Below, piece after piece: positions 1-12,270 of a stretch of DNA of 42,175 nucleotides. The notes below the pieces were generated by a model that worked only from the letters and a program-made list of their open reading frames with translations, did not search any database and was not told the origin of the DNA. This stretch comes from Vicugna vicugna (Eukaryota). The position numbers and the translations under genes were made by a program. How positions within the stretch are numbered: position 1 is the first letter of the stretch; the number at the start of each line of letters is the position of its first letter. The stretch lies in contig MU058000.1 in assembly GCA_013265495.1 (NCBI GenBank), positions 3,201,722-3,243,896 of the forward strand, read 5' to 3'.

Positions 1-130
1 GATATGTCTTAGGTAAGAGCATGAAAAAGCAATTCACAAGATAAGAAATACAAATAACCAATAGGTAAATAAGAATCTCTTCAACTTCTAGTTGTCGAAA
101 AATGTAAACTAAGATAAAAATTTTCTCTAT
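1..130 (+). mobile_element. Ancient L1 (L1M/L1ME-like) ORF2 3' fragment, first part
   Basis: aagagcatgaaaaagcaattcacaagataagaaatacaaataaccaatagg...ttcaacttctagttgtcgaaaaatgtaaactaagata resembles the late-ORF2 L1 consensus (aaggacatgaacagacaattcacagaagaagaaatacaaatggccaataaac...); the match resumes at ~877. Confidence 0.7.
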
Positions 131-876
131 TTATTATTGAACAGGTAATATGTGCACATGGTACAAGATTATAAAATACAGAATTATATATAATGAAAAG
201 TATGTTTCTCCCCTCCCATGCTCTTCTCTGGCCACTCCATTCTCAGTTTTCTGTGGACTCCTTTAATGGGTGGCCGTGATCATGGGTATGTATATACATA
301 TACACACACACTTGGATTTGTGTGTGTATATATATATATATAAAGTACATACATACATAATATTACACACAATGTTCTATACCTTGTTTTTTTCACATAA
401 TGTTTATTCTTATGAATTTTTCCATGTGGATAACATGTATAACGGTTTTCTATCCCCTTAATACTTTTTAAGTCAAAATTTTCAAGCATACAGAAAAGTT
501 GGGACCTTATTCTTTTTAGTAGTTGCATAGTACTTCATTATGTAGATGTGCCACCGTTCATTTTGCTAGTCCTCTACTGACATATATTTCAATTATTTCC
601 CATCATTTGCTTTTACAAAACAATGCTGCAATAAAATTCTTGTACTTAGGTTATTTGACATATATGAGAATGTATCAGTATAGCACTTCCCGAGTGGACT
701 TGCTAGGTCAGGAGTATATGTATATTTAATTTTATAGATATCGTCAAACTTTCTCCTTGGAGATTTTAGCAATTTACACTTATACTAAGAGTGTATGAGA
801 GTGGCTGTTACCCCACCCTCTTACCAAAAGTGGTATCAAAAATTTGATTTTTATCAACTGAAATGGATGAAAAACC
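131..876 (-). mobile_element. Ancient L1 (L1ME-like) 3' end, antisense, nested in the plus-strand L1
   Basis: Typical antisense L1ME 3' motifs: ttttagtagttgcatagtacttcattatgtagatgtgcc, tgcttttacaaaacaatgctgcaataaa, gtggacttgctaggtcaggagtatatgtatatttaattttatagatatcgtcaaact, caatttacact...gagtgtatgagagtggctgttacccc; contains an internal (TA)/(CA) low-complexity tract at ~288-370. Confidence 0.75.
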
Positions 877-1560
877 AAGATAACTGTTTTTTCCTGTTGT
901 TTTGGAAAGTACTTTTAAATATGAGAATACCCAGCGTTGGTGTAGGTGTGATAAAAAGAGAAGATGTACATGTTGGTAAAAGTAAGACTGATTGAACCTT
1001 TCTGCAGGGCTGTTGCACGTGAGTGAAAGTCCTCGCTAAGCATGTTTCTTTTGGACCCAGGATTTCCATCTCTAGCAACTTCACCTTCAACCTAAGGGAT
1101 TAAGCAGACAAGTGCTCAGAGATGTTTATTACAGACTTTTAAAAGAGAAAAATGGTGGAAACAACCAATTAAATAGACTTTAAAACATATTATGCTTATC
1201 TATACAATAGATACCTTGTTAGTATTAAAAATATGCAGAGCCTGACTTATGGAATGATGTTTATGATTTTTTTGCTGCATGAATAGATGGGTTACAGCTT
1301 GTTCAGCATGAGCCCATTTAGGGGAACGGTATGGAGAGACAGATACAGAGTACATAATTTGAGAACTAAATACGATTACATAAACAGAGTCAAACATATA
1401 AATGCTGCTGTACATATCTATCTATGCATAGCTGTACCAGCAGTATCTGTAGGGATGTACACGTTTGTAATGGGACATATGATCATTATATACTACTAAA
1501 AATATAGGTACATTTTCTTTGCTTTTATTATTTCCTATATCAAAACAATTTTTATAATTA
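877..1560 (+). mobile_element. Ancient L1 (L1ME-like) ORF2 end/3'UTR, continuation of 1-130
   Basis: ttggaaagtacttttaaatatgagaatacccagcgttggtgtaggtgtg...gacccaggatttccatctctag...gatgtttattacagac...ggaaacaacc matches the sense L1 ORF2 3' region; right boundary approximate. Confidence 0.65.
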
Positions 1561-3325
1561 GCATACACTTTATTTATTATCACAAAATAATAGAATGGAA
1601 AGATTTCGTGTGGAATCCATAGCACCAAATAAAACTGCTGACTATGTTAAGGGCATTTCTTCAGGTGACATTAATTAAGGGTCTGCCATGTACAGAACAC
1701 GCTTTGATTATAGTGATATAACTTCTCGCAAAAGCTCTTCTTTCTTTACTTATACAAAGATCATTTGTCTAAATTTGTTGGGACATTCCTAGCTCTCTAA
1801 ACTGTTTCTATTACAAATTGACATAAATGTTAATGATTGTGGCTTTTCCTCTTCATAGCAAGAATTTCCTGGGACAGCAGGCTTTCAGCCTGATGGTCTA
1901 GCAATTATCGCTGCCTCATTACCTGGAACATCAAAACTAGCATCGTGTTTGGATAACAAGGATGTGCTTTCGTATGTGGTCCATGAACTGATGTAAGCCT
2001 TTTTCTCCGAATGAGAGCAAAAGTGACCACTTTCTTCCTGTGGGTTCTCAAACGGTATATGAACATAAGCCCCATCACAACAAGAGGGTGATTTTCTGAA
2101 ACCCCGGGCTCCTAGCCCAGCTCTCACAGCAGAGACACTCACCAGGAGGAGACAGAGTGCAAGAATGTCATGACATCATTTTCATATAACCTCTTTTTTA
2201 AAAAACGATCGTCTCTTTTCATGTCCACTTCCCCTCTTCCCAGCAGAAGGCTGGTTTGTATACACTCACCAGTGGCTCATGTGTTGCTTTGGGAAGGCTT
2301 CCTTCAGTGGGTGGCTCTAAGTGTACTCTCGAACGCTTCTCAGCTTTAGAAGGGGAAGGGTCTGTGGTACCAAGCAAAAAGCAATTCCAATCGCAATCAG
2401 AGTTTACAAAATAACCTGGTTTGGAGTCCAAGATCTTTGTCCTTCTTCAGTACCAAGCATAATCACTGGATGCCTAATCACACTAGGTACAAATCTCAAT
2501 ATACCAGCAAAGCCTATAAGGAAAAACAGCCCAGTCTATGAAGAAGTTCACGTAGTTTTAATTTATAGAATGTCTCGCTGACTGCCTTTAACATTTCATG
2601 GCAGTTTCACAAACCGTGAAAGATGCTAAGTTCTTCACTGGCCTTAGAACTTTACCTCTGGCCCAGAAAACAAAATGATGTTTGGAGGCGGGTTTTCCGT
2701 GTCAGAAAATTCAAGTTCATTCAGCAAGAATATCCCTAGATTTTCTCCCGAAAATCCATTTCAAAAGATTCTGGCCAATGATCATGTCACGAATATGTGT
2801 CATACAGTAGTACCTGCCTGAGTATTTTCCCCATGTATCCCGCTGTTGCTTTGGTCTTTCGATGGAAGTGTAAGTGAGTTCTCAGCAGCCCAGACACTTA
2901 ATGAAAGTGAACAGCATTTTGAGAGACCCACGATTTTCATCACTGAATCTATTTAGGGAGGCTGCAGAGTCATTCTTCCCTTAATCTCCCACTGATTTTC
3001 AATGCAAATTCTGCCAGCCAGGCTCCTGGCCATAGGATTCAGTTACGCACTTCACTGAAAACCATGTCAACGCAAATTCAGAGGATAAACCAGCCTGCAA
3101 ATCCCCAAGGCCTCAGCTAGTTAAAATGCAGCCACAGTATTAGCAGAACAAGATAGCAATTATGCAAGGAATCAGCTGAAAGGTTATTTTTAATTTAAAA
3201 GTTGCGCATCTTTACAGCTGGAGAAGAAATAAAACCCTGCTTGGGTTTTCTCGTAAAACCCACCCCATCAGAGCCGAAAGCCACATGGTACATTATCACA
3301 GCCATGCTTGGAGACGAGGGGTGTG

Positions 3326-3366
3326 CACACACACACACACATGCACACACACGCGCGCACACACAC
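3326..3366. repeat. Imperfect (CA)n microsatellite
   Basis: cacacacacacacacatgcacacacacgcgcgcacacacac. Confidence 0.9.
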
Positions 3367-4069
3367 CAACCTACAGCTACACAAACGGCTTCAGGAAGAG
3401 TAGATAGACTTCTGATGAGATTAAATTGTTATAGTTTCTTTCAGCGTTTTTTTTTTTTTAATTCATCTTTCAGAGATCAGAGCCTAACTGGCAGCCAGTA
3501 ATAAAAGATAAATATTTGAAGGTAATCAGCTCTGGGCATTTTTTCACCCTCAGTTTTGAACTCTTGTCTCTGGTCTGACAATTTCTCTTCACTCCGACTT
3601 CTGGGTGCTGTTGCTAAGGTCACTTCAGCCCGTCTTGGGCAAAGAAACAGGCTCTACCTTTCATCCAGTGTGGGGACCCACTTTGTGTTCAGAAAAGACC
3701 AACTCTAATTTATGACTGGTGGAGCTATTTGCTTTATCCAGTTTTGGTCTAGAGGAATGAAAATCTTCCTGCTGCATCGTATCTCTAAGAAGGTGGTGAT
3801 ACCCTCATGAGCCGGCGGCAAGACGAACACATGTTCTGTTGCAGAATTTCCATGAGCCAGAAAGATGGGCACAATTTGGAAAGGGAAACAGGATAGTTGT
3901 GTGGCCACATTTAGGAATGGCTGGGGTTTAGGAAAGCAAAGAGCAATGTTTGAGAACGAGGGGTCAGCGTGGTCTGGGTTAGAATCCAGGGTGCTCCCTA
4001 ACCTGCAGGGTAAACTGAACAAGTTACTAATCTTTCTAGACCTCAGGCATTCTTCCCTAAGCGTCTAAC

Positions 4070-4186
4070 CCCTTGTTTCTCAAAGTGTGCCCGGCATCAA
4101 CGGCACTGCCAAACCTCCACATCAAAACCCACCTGCAAGCACAATTCCCAGGTGACGGCATGCGTGTAAACATTTGACAATCACTG
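4070..4186 (+). mobile_element. MER5-like hAT-Charlie MITE, internally deleted
   Basis: Starts ttgtttctcaaagtgtg and ends cccaggtgacggcatgcgtgtaaacatttgacaatcactg, resembling the MER5A termini cagtggttctcaaagtgtg...ccaggtgattctgatgcacgctaaagtttgagaaccactg. Confidence 0.55.
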
Positions 4187-5134
4187 GAATACCATACAAC
4201 AGGTCCTCCATAAGTGGTAACATTATTGATTTATTTAGTATCCACTGCCCCCCCGCCCCGATGCTGTGGGAGGCTCTGCGGACACAACAGAAATCAGAAA
4301 CTAACATTGGTTTTGACTCTCCTAGCAGGAAAAACAGATTTGAGCCTCACAAATGAAAAGTAATTGCAGACAGAGATGAGAAAGGGACCCTGTGACCACA
4401 AGAAACCTTACTTGGGCAGGGGTGTCACAGGAGCTGCATGATTTTTCTTAAAGTTTATCCTTAGCTCTGTTCAGAGAGATGCTCCGGAATTCCTTCTTTT
4501 CCAGAGCGTTTCGGTCTCAACATCTTATGTGTTAACCAGCCTTGTATTTCTGAATACATGTGAGGTCCTCTGACGATTATACATTTGCTTTCTCCTCCTG
4601 GACATCCAGCCCTGAGCTTCCAAACAACTGCGTGCCCTGCATCGACTCGGCAGACATAAATCGCTCACTTTCCTCCTCAGTGGGGATCTCTCGGAAACAG
4701 TATTTAGCCTGGTAGGGGAGAGGGATCTCTTCGCTCTTTCAGGCAGCACATGGAGCATCTGCCGTAGCTCATGCGATTCTGAAAGGCCAAGCCCCACCTC
4801 TGGACACGTTGTATTATAGTAATTACTTTCCCTTGGTCTCTCCTCCTTTAAGTACTACTCTCAGGCTCCACTGAGTCCTGACCTGCCCACCCAAGACGGC
4901 CGGCTCCTGAGTTCCCATATCGAGAGTAACAGCACAGCCGCACAAAACAGCAATGAGGAGAGAGACCCAGAGGGGCCAAATCTCCAAAACAGGAAAACAG
5001 AAAAAGGAGGAAGAATTTCAAACCCACCAGCTCTTGACCCTTGGATGTGGAAGCGTCAGTACCAAAACAATGGCAGAGACTTACAAATTCTAGTCACCAC
5101 GCCATGGTATACGCCTTCCAGAAATCTGTTAACA

Positions 5135-5290
5135 CCATCATTAACTAATATTTACAGAGCATCTTATCTGCTGGGGCTTGTTCGTTGTGCTCAGAAACTT
5201 ACCTTTAAATGCATATCTGAACACATCACTCCCCACTGCTTAGAAGGCTGCGATAGCTTCTATTAAACACATAGACACAAGGTTCGGTTC
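5135..5290 (-). mobile_element. MIR SINE fragment
   Basis: taactaatatttacagagcatcttatctgctggggcttgttc...aaacacatagacacaaggttc resembles the antisense MIR core. Confidence 0.5.
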
Positions 5291-5339
5291 CCTACAAGCC
5301 CGTTCATCCACTGTGGCCCTTTCGCCTTGGATCCTGCCC

Positions 5340-5775
5340 ACCTACTACGTCAAAGACATGGAGCTCTTCAAATCTGCCATGTTACATGAATCTGAGACTT
5401 TCATCAGACTTATTCTTTGATCTGAAATACACTTATTCCATTCTCCTCTCTTTCCTTTAATAATTACCATATCACCTTGGTGAGTCCTTTCCTGACTCCC
5501 TGAGAAGGACTAAGGAATTAGAAATCCCCCTCCCATCAACCATTTTATTACACTCTTGTTTCTGTTACACCGCATTATGATACCCAAATATTTCTGAGTT
5601 TTCACATCTGTTTTTGCATTATCTTGTGATCTCACAGGCAGATACCCAGGCTTTTGAACTGTTTATTCCCAGAGTCTAACATAGTGTCTGAAGCAAAGGA
5701 TGTGCTTGGGAAAAACGAGATTAGAACACCAGGCAGGAAAAACCGTGTCCATTTCAAAACATGAATGAATGAAAG
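5340..5775 (+). mobile_element. L2 LINE 3' fragment
   Basis: cctttcctgactccc...tgtttattcccagagtctaacatagtgtctg and a terminal atgaatgaatgaa, the L2 3' tail. Confidence 0.5.
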
Positions 5776-6159
5776 CACAGGGGTCATGAACTGCTTCCGC
5801 TCATAATTGAAAACAGAACAAAACTAAATGCCAGCTCCCTGCACACTGCTTGTTTTGTAATTGATGCTGAAATATTTGTAAAATCAACATGGCGTCTGTA
5901 TGGAGGGAAGCAGAAAGACAACTCTCCCTCTTATTTCCCGAGCATCGAAACCGTATCGCTTGTTTACAACGACCCCACAAGCGTACGCAGGCACTTTTCA
6001 AACCTTTCAAAGCCAATGTCACGTTAGGAAAATAATTTTCTTAGTGGAACAACTTCCGTGGTTCTCAGAGCAATTTGTAAATATTATCTCACCAACTCGA
6101 CTAAGGTGGACAGGCTGAAAACAGTATGCTTATGCTCCAGAGGAGAGAGGCCAAGGGAC

Positions 6160-6162
6160 TGT

Positions 6163-6196
<34 letters not shown>

Positions 6197-6219
6197 TTCT
6201 GTGTGTCTGTGTGTGTGTG
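6160..6219. repeat. Imperfect (TG)n microsatellite
   Basis: About 60 bp of tgtgtg with a few interruptions; it explains the CVCVCV/HTHTHT ORFs. Confidence 0.95.
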
Positions 6220-7169
6220 GTGGGGGGAAACCAGGCCTCACTCTGCTAACTCCTCCGCAGTCTGTCTCTCCTAGCTCCATGCTCATCACCAACAAGATGA
6301 TGGGGCAGAGATTCAGCAGAACCACTGAGCTGACTCCCCTCCCAGGTCTCACACACTGCATTCGCTTGTGTGATGCTAGACAAGTCAACAGCGCAATTCC
6401 TCTCTCTCTCCCTCTCAATCCCTTCTCAGTCTCTCTCTTCTTCTCAATAGTGGCTTTCTACAAAACTTCCTGTCTCTGAATGGGATAAACTTTAAAAAGT
6501 CTAAGCCACGTCTTCTTCTCCCAGAGAATTCACCACTTGATGTTGGGCAGCCAAGATCTGTTCACTGTTTCAATCATTGCTTGTTTAAGTGACAACAATT
6601 ACTCCGTCCAAACTAGATGGCAGAAATGCCAGTGTCAATCTGGTCCACACTTGAGAAAGGCATCAAAGAGTCACCTTCTCTGCTCTCTTAAACCTTTCAG
6701 TAGAAGAACCTCATCTTGGTTGGTTCAATCTCATTCCCTGTTGTGCTTCGGGGGACTCTAACCCTGCTTTTGGTTTCTTATTCTCACACTCCTGCAGCTC
6801 CCAATTCTGCTTTAATTTATGTCCTTTCTTCTGCTTCACCCCTCTGTGTATTCTGCCTTCTCCACACACTCAAATTCCACCCATCTTCCCATCCCCACAA
6901 ACAAATCTGCTTCCTGGTGATTCTGTCTGTCCCTGAAGTCTTGGTAAACAGGACAAAGGTTAGAATATAATTGCATATTGATTTATATTGTTATCTATTT
7001 GTTCTATGAACATTTTATTTCCCCAAGGATGAGCTAAGTTTATAGACTTTTACAAATATCATATCTTAAATTAGTTTGTATTCTCAAAAGGCTGAATAAT
7101 GGTATGGACTCAAAAAACACTTCTTGCTTAGGAGTTGGGACTGAAGCAAGTTCATTCATTTTTCTTTTT

Positions 7170-7400
7170 CTTGAACCACACACTCACAGCCCCACGCCTT
7201 TATTCAGATAGTTCTCTCTGCCTGGGTTTCTTCTCTCTACCTTCAACCTTACAAACTCTACTAGTCCTTCAAGACCCAAGACACTGAAGTATTTCTCCTG
7301 GACAGTCCCAGAATTAATTGGTTTTACTTTCATGTCCCTATGATACTTTATACAGTGGTCTATATAAAATAATTAGCTGTAATTACATACCCTCATAATG
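7170..7400 (+). mobile_element. L2 LINE fragment
   Basis: ctttattcagatagttctctctgcctggg...aaactctactagtccttcaagacccaa resembles L2 (gctgttccctctgcctgga...aactcctactcatccttcaagacccag). Confidence 0.5.
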
Positions 7401-7435
7401 TTAATGTCTATAAATTTATCAAATTCATCACCATC

Positions 7436-7956
7436 TGCAGGAGATTGAAAAATGCACCCCCCCAAGATATCTACCTCCTCATCTCTATGACCTGTGAATG
7501 TTATCTTAAAGCAAAAAAAAAAATGTACAGATGTGGGGAGGGGTAATTAAATGAAGGATCCTGACACAAGATTATCCTAGATGATCCAGGTGAGCTGTCC
7601 CTGCATTCCTATCTATCCTTATAAAAGGGAGACAGAAGGAGATTTTAAACAGACATAAAGAGGTAGGTGATGGATACACAGAGCAGATATTTGAGGATAC
7701 TGGTCTTGAAGACTGGAATGATGCATCCACAAGCCGAGGGATGCCAGCAGCTCCCTGGCAGAAGAAACTGGAAGAAGTAAGGAAAGGATGCTCCTCTGGA
7801 GTCTCCAGGGTCAGCGAGTCCCTCCAACACAGATTCCAGCCCAGCAGCGCTGACTTCAGACTTGTGGCCTCTGAAACTTTGGAAGAATACACTTCTGTTG
7901 TTGAAAGCCATCTAGTTTGTGGTATTTTGCCACAATGGCCATAGGAAACTAACAGG
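7436..7956 (+). mobile_element. MaLR solo LTR (MLT1C/MLT1D-like)
   Basis: tgcaggagattgaaaaatgcacccccccaagatatc...gacctgtgaatgttatc...gattatcctagatgatccaggtg...atccttataaaagggagacagaaggaga...ccacaagccgagggatgccagcagc...aagccatctagtttgtggtattttgccacaatggccataggaaactaac; near-TSD ccatc (7431-7435) / ctatc (7957-7961). Confidence 0.9.
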
Positions 7957-8174
7957 CTATCTCTCAGACTACTCAAACTATTTCCTAGTCTCTTCTCTCT
8001 ACCCTGCCTTCAGCATTATGCCTTCCGTACGAAAATGCGCTTAAGAAATGGGTCCTGAGGTCCTACCAGGTGGAAGGTGCTATGCTGCGTGCTTGGAGAT
8101 GGCATCGCGGTGGGGATTTTAAAGGCTGCATTTACATTGATGATGTTTTATGGTTTATATATCTAAGTGTAAGC

Positions 8175-8648
8175 TTTCCCTGAAAGTTCAGATTTGAATA
8201 TCCAACTGCCGATCAGACTTTTCTACTTGTATTTAAAAACAGTGCCTCAACTCTAAAATCACTGAAGCGTAAGTTTTGACAGATTCACTCCAAGTGTAGT
8301 TTTTGGATGTCACATGTCTGCTTTTCCCTAAATTGCCACATCCACTAACCAAATTGCACACGGTAAAAATCTTTTTTCTCTTCCCTCTCCCTCTGCATTC
8401 AACCCATCTCAACACATCCTCTTGTCTCTTTCTCAAAATCACATTCTCTATCCATTCATTTCTCTCCATCATCACCACCATCATGCACTTCCACACCTGG
8501 AAGTACTATAGTGGCCTCTTAACTGGTTTCTTTGCTTCTACCCTGTCCCTACTCCCTGTAATTTATTCTGCATTCATTTTCCAGAGTGTTCTTTTAAAAG
8601 AGCAAACCAACTGATCTCCTACTTAAAAACACTAGTGTTTAACCACTG
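8175..8648 (+). mobile_element. L2 LINE, 5' part (interrupted by MLT1A)
   Basis: ccctgaaagttcagatttgaatatccaactgcc...ccaccatcatgcacttccacacctggaagtactatagtggcctcttaactggtttctttgcttc...ccagagtgttcttttaaaa...ctcctacttaaaaac matches the L2 ORF2 3' region. Confidence 0.8.
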
Positions 8649-9020
8649 TGATCTTAGTCAGCTCAAGCTGCTGTAACAAAATAGCAGAAAGCTAGTGGCT
8701 TATCAACAAGAACCGTGGAGGTTGGGAAGTCCAAGATTGAGGTATCAGCCAATTCTGTGTCTGGTAAGTGTTTGCTTCTTGGTTTTGGAAGGCTGTCGAC
8801 TTGCTGCGTCAAGTCTTGGGATTTGTGAGTTGGTGGAAAGTGAGCAAGCTAGCTCCCTGACCTCTTCTTCTAAGGGCACTAATCCCATTCATGAGGGCTC
8901 CACCTTTACAATTTAATTACTTCCCTAAGTTCCCACCTCGAAATACCATCATGTTAGGGATCAAATTTCAATTTAATTCATTTGAACGTGAATTCAATTG
9001 GGACATATTCAGTTCACAAC
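8649..9020 (-). mobile_element. MaLR solo LTR (MLT1A/MLT1A0-like)
   Basis: tcttagtcagctcaagctgctgtaacaaaatagc...gtggcttatcaacaa...gttgggaagtccaagattgagg...taagggcactaatcccattcatgagggctccacc...aataccatcatgttaggg...atattcagttcacaac; aaccactg lies on both flanks (8641-8648, 9018-9025), including a candidate 5-bp TSD cactg. Confidence 0.9.
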
Positions 9021-9480
9021 CACTGCATTTCAAATACATCTTCAAATGCTTACCTCATCTCAGGAAACCTGCCTCAGATTTCATCCCCTGCCACTCTCTG
9101 CCTTGTTCAGTGTGTTCTAGCACACTTATTTCAGATTTTCAAATAAATCAAGTTCACTCTTACCTTAGAGTCTTTATGGCGGGCTTTGCATTTTCTGACT
9201 TAAATGTTATTTCCTCATATTCATTTGGTAACTTATTATCATCATTTAAATCCTAATCTTTGGAAGTTAACCGGCCCCACTCTGCTACAACTGCCAGTTA
9301 CAAACCTTTACACGGGACTTGGCACATTCGTTTGCAGAGCATCCATCACCCCTCACTAAAACGTGAATGTCATCACAGCAGGAAAACTTGATCATTTTCC
9401 CTTCTCTCTCTACCCAAATCTAAACCAGTGTTGAACATATAATGGTTTCTCAATAAATATCTGTTGAAAAAAATGGAATG
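9021..9480 (+). mobile_element. L2 LINE, 3' part
   Basis: Resumes after the MLT1A (ttcactcttaccttagagtcttt...) and ends ccagtgttgaacatataatggtttctcaataaatatctgttgaa, the L2 3' terminus. Confidence 0.75.
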
Positions 9481-11736
9481 CAAAAATAGGAGCCCATTAA
9501 CAACACCTGATTCATGAATAATCTATAAATTCTAATATAAAACTAGTATTCCGCTGTCACCAGTCTGTGTTACAACAGGGACACACAAAAATCCATTGAC
9601 GGTATGTCTCTGCCTCAGTTCCCACCAGAAAAACTGGGAAAACGGCAGCTCAAAGGAAAGGAGGCTGCATTTCAGGAAGCACCATCTCCTCCTTTCTGCA
9701 CATCTTCAGTTTCAAGTTATGCAGGGATCTACTCTTATTAGCTCCATGGGCCTGGTCCATTCTCCAAGGCTTGAAGGTTCTTGTGGCACCACTTACAGGA
9801 CTTCTGCCAACGGTACCTCCTAAGGCGCTCCCCCATTTCTCCCGCGTTGACCACTCTGGTTTATCTGATCATTTTCACAGCTCCCAGTGGCGTCACCCCA
9901 GCGGCTGCCTTGAGTTTATGCTTCTGAAGACACTGCACAGCACAGACCCAGCAACTGACGTCCCTGTTCCTCCACTCTGTGACGCTCCTGCTCCAGGAAG
10001 TCCCTACTCCTATTGACAGTTTGTACCATACGTTCCTGTCCCTTTGAAACCCTTCTAAGGGGGTCCTGTCCCCAGTCTGCCCACTCACAAAGCATCAAAG
10101 CTAGTTAATTACCCATCGAATCCCTGCTTGTACTTTTCTCTTTTTCCTCTTTTCTCCTGCTGCTGCAGTTTCAATGGAAGGCTTGAACATTTGCAGATTT
10201 GGCCTAATGCTTGTTTATGTCTTTTGTAGAAAGTCTTTTTTAACAAAAAAAAAATATTATCTATATTATCCTTTATTCCCATTTTGTTTACTTACTAGGC
10301 CCAATTTCTTTTAATACAAATTAATTACATGACATAAGACAAAAAAGATGCTCAATAAATGGAAGATACCGTCATCCTCATTTGTGTTATTATTGAACAC
10401 CATTAACAAGGGAAAAACCTAACTTTCGTATCCTTTTGCAAATGCTCTGCAAAGACACTGAGTCTTCAGTGTTTAAAAACCCTTTTTTCATTTTCTCTCA
10501 GGGTGCCACAGCAACAAGCTGAAAACAGAACATCCTGTCAGTCAAGAAATTTTTCCTGTACATGATGTCAAACATCAGATTTAATTTAATTTCCTGATCA
10601 ATATCCCTTTTGAAGTTATGCACACATCATTTTCATGTGCAGTTTGAGAGCATAGTTTGGGCTTACAGAAGAGGGGGAGGGGAAGAAAAAAAAAGCGGTA
10701 TCCAGCATGTGAGAGCAATTTCCCTTTGATCATGTCAAAAGTAAGATAAGTATAAAAGATGGGCTCAGCTGGTTATAAAGTACATTCTCTCTCCTCAGTC
10801 TGTGAATATGGTCTATATTTTGTGTTCGCCATAGTATGATACTGAAATATATGAACTTCCTCAATAAAATCTTATTTCCTTACAGTATTCCAAAATCACA
10901 TGCAGTATCAATAGTACGGCTGATTATTTTCGATTAATAAAGGAACTTTCATAACACACTCCTTTGGGTCAATTTTATGTTTCAGGTCCATACCTTGAAA
11001 TCTCTATATTCCAAATAAAAAGGAAATCAGCTCTTAATTATCTAGAGATTAGTCTTAGAATTATTTAAAAGAACTATACACAATTTTTATATATTCAAGA
11101 ATTATACAAAAATAGAAATTTGTTTCAAAAAAGAAAACAAAATAAATCCATGGGAGGGGAGGTAAGTAATTAGCAACAGGAAACAGCAGAATCCCCCAAA
11201 TATAATGAAATTTTAAATCCTAATTGATGGAATTGCCATTCAAATTGATTTCAGAGAACATTCAAGATGTTTCTAAATTTCTTATCTTTGTTTTAGGAGT
11301 CAGTCCTCAACCACCAAGTCAGTTTCTAAAGGCTAAAGCTATCCCTCTCCTAAACTCCCTCTGGGAGACCTCAGCTCTGCCTTTGCCGGCCGGGTCTCTG
11401 ACACTTTCTCTGGAAGGAAGGTGCCATGGTTTTCTCTAAATCCTTCAGGGCATAAGGCTGCCAGTCATGCACGGAAACTTCTTGAAGCAAAACGACGACT
11501 TATTCCACCCTCTAAGCTCTTGTCTCCCCTTAGTCCTCCAGGGTCTTCCATAATTCTATACATCAAAGAGAAGAAGAACCTGTACTTTTGACAGCTCTGT
11601 TATTTTATTTTTTCAACCAAACACACTTTTTTCCCCCCTAAAGACAAGGAATAAAATCAGCTCATATTGTTTTCAAAAGAAAAATCAATATGCTGAGCTG
11701 CGGAACAAAGGTGGGGGGGGTCCCCTCCATACGGTC

Positions 11737-11750
11737 CCAGCAGAGGGCAC
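11737..11750 (+). promoter_or_regulatory. Candidate CTCF binding site
   Basis: ccagcagagggcac matches the CTCF core consensus CCASYAGRKGGCRS at every position; occupancy not shown. Confidence 0.5.
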
Positions 11751-12245
11751 TCTGAAGCCCTCATCCTCACCACCAACCCCTGGCACTCACTCCATCACAC
11801 TGCTGGGTGTCCAGGGTTTCCCTCTGGTCTCAGTTATCCTAGGTTGGAAAACTCTACGGAAGAGTTTTGCAGAGTAGTTAGGTGGGTAACCAGGCTGGAT
11901 CAGGTAGCCTTCCCACTCACAGGAAGACGGAATGCTGATGGCCTGAGCAGGAAGTGTCATCTTCAAGAAAACCAGGCAGAGATCTGGCAGGTACTCTGGG
12001 TGTTCAAACGCTGCCCAATTTTCTTTGCAGTGGTTCTTCGATCAGTGCAAACCCTGTGACTGCCCAGGCATTAGCACACCTGGATGCCTCTGCTGGTTCC
12101 TAAGCCCTGCTCTTCTTGCATTTTCCCAGCCCGATTCAGTGTGAGTCTCACATCCCCTATACGCCTTTCTGCTCAACTACTGGTATCAGTCCTATCACGG
12201 TACATAGAAAAGGCGTATCAGGAAGAGCCCGCTCACTTCTAACAA

Positions 12246-12270
12246 CAAAACAAAACAAAACAAAACAAAA
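12246..12270. repeat. (CAAAA)n pentanucleotide microsatellite
   Basis: caaaacaaaacaaaacaaaacaaaa. Confidence 0.9.

Noticed and set aside
6520..6770. Possible old antisense MLT1-type LTR; also weak MIR-like pieces at ~13290, ~17560 and ~25690, and L1-like sequence at ~16500
   Set aside because: The similarity is too weak to call by eye and needs RepeatMasker or Dfam.
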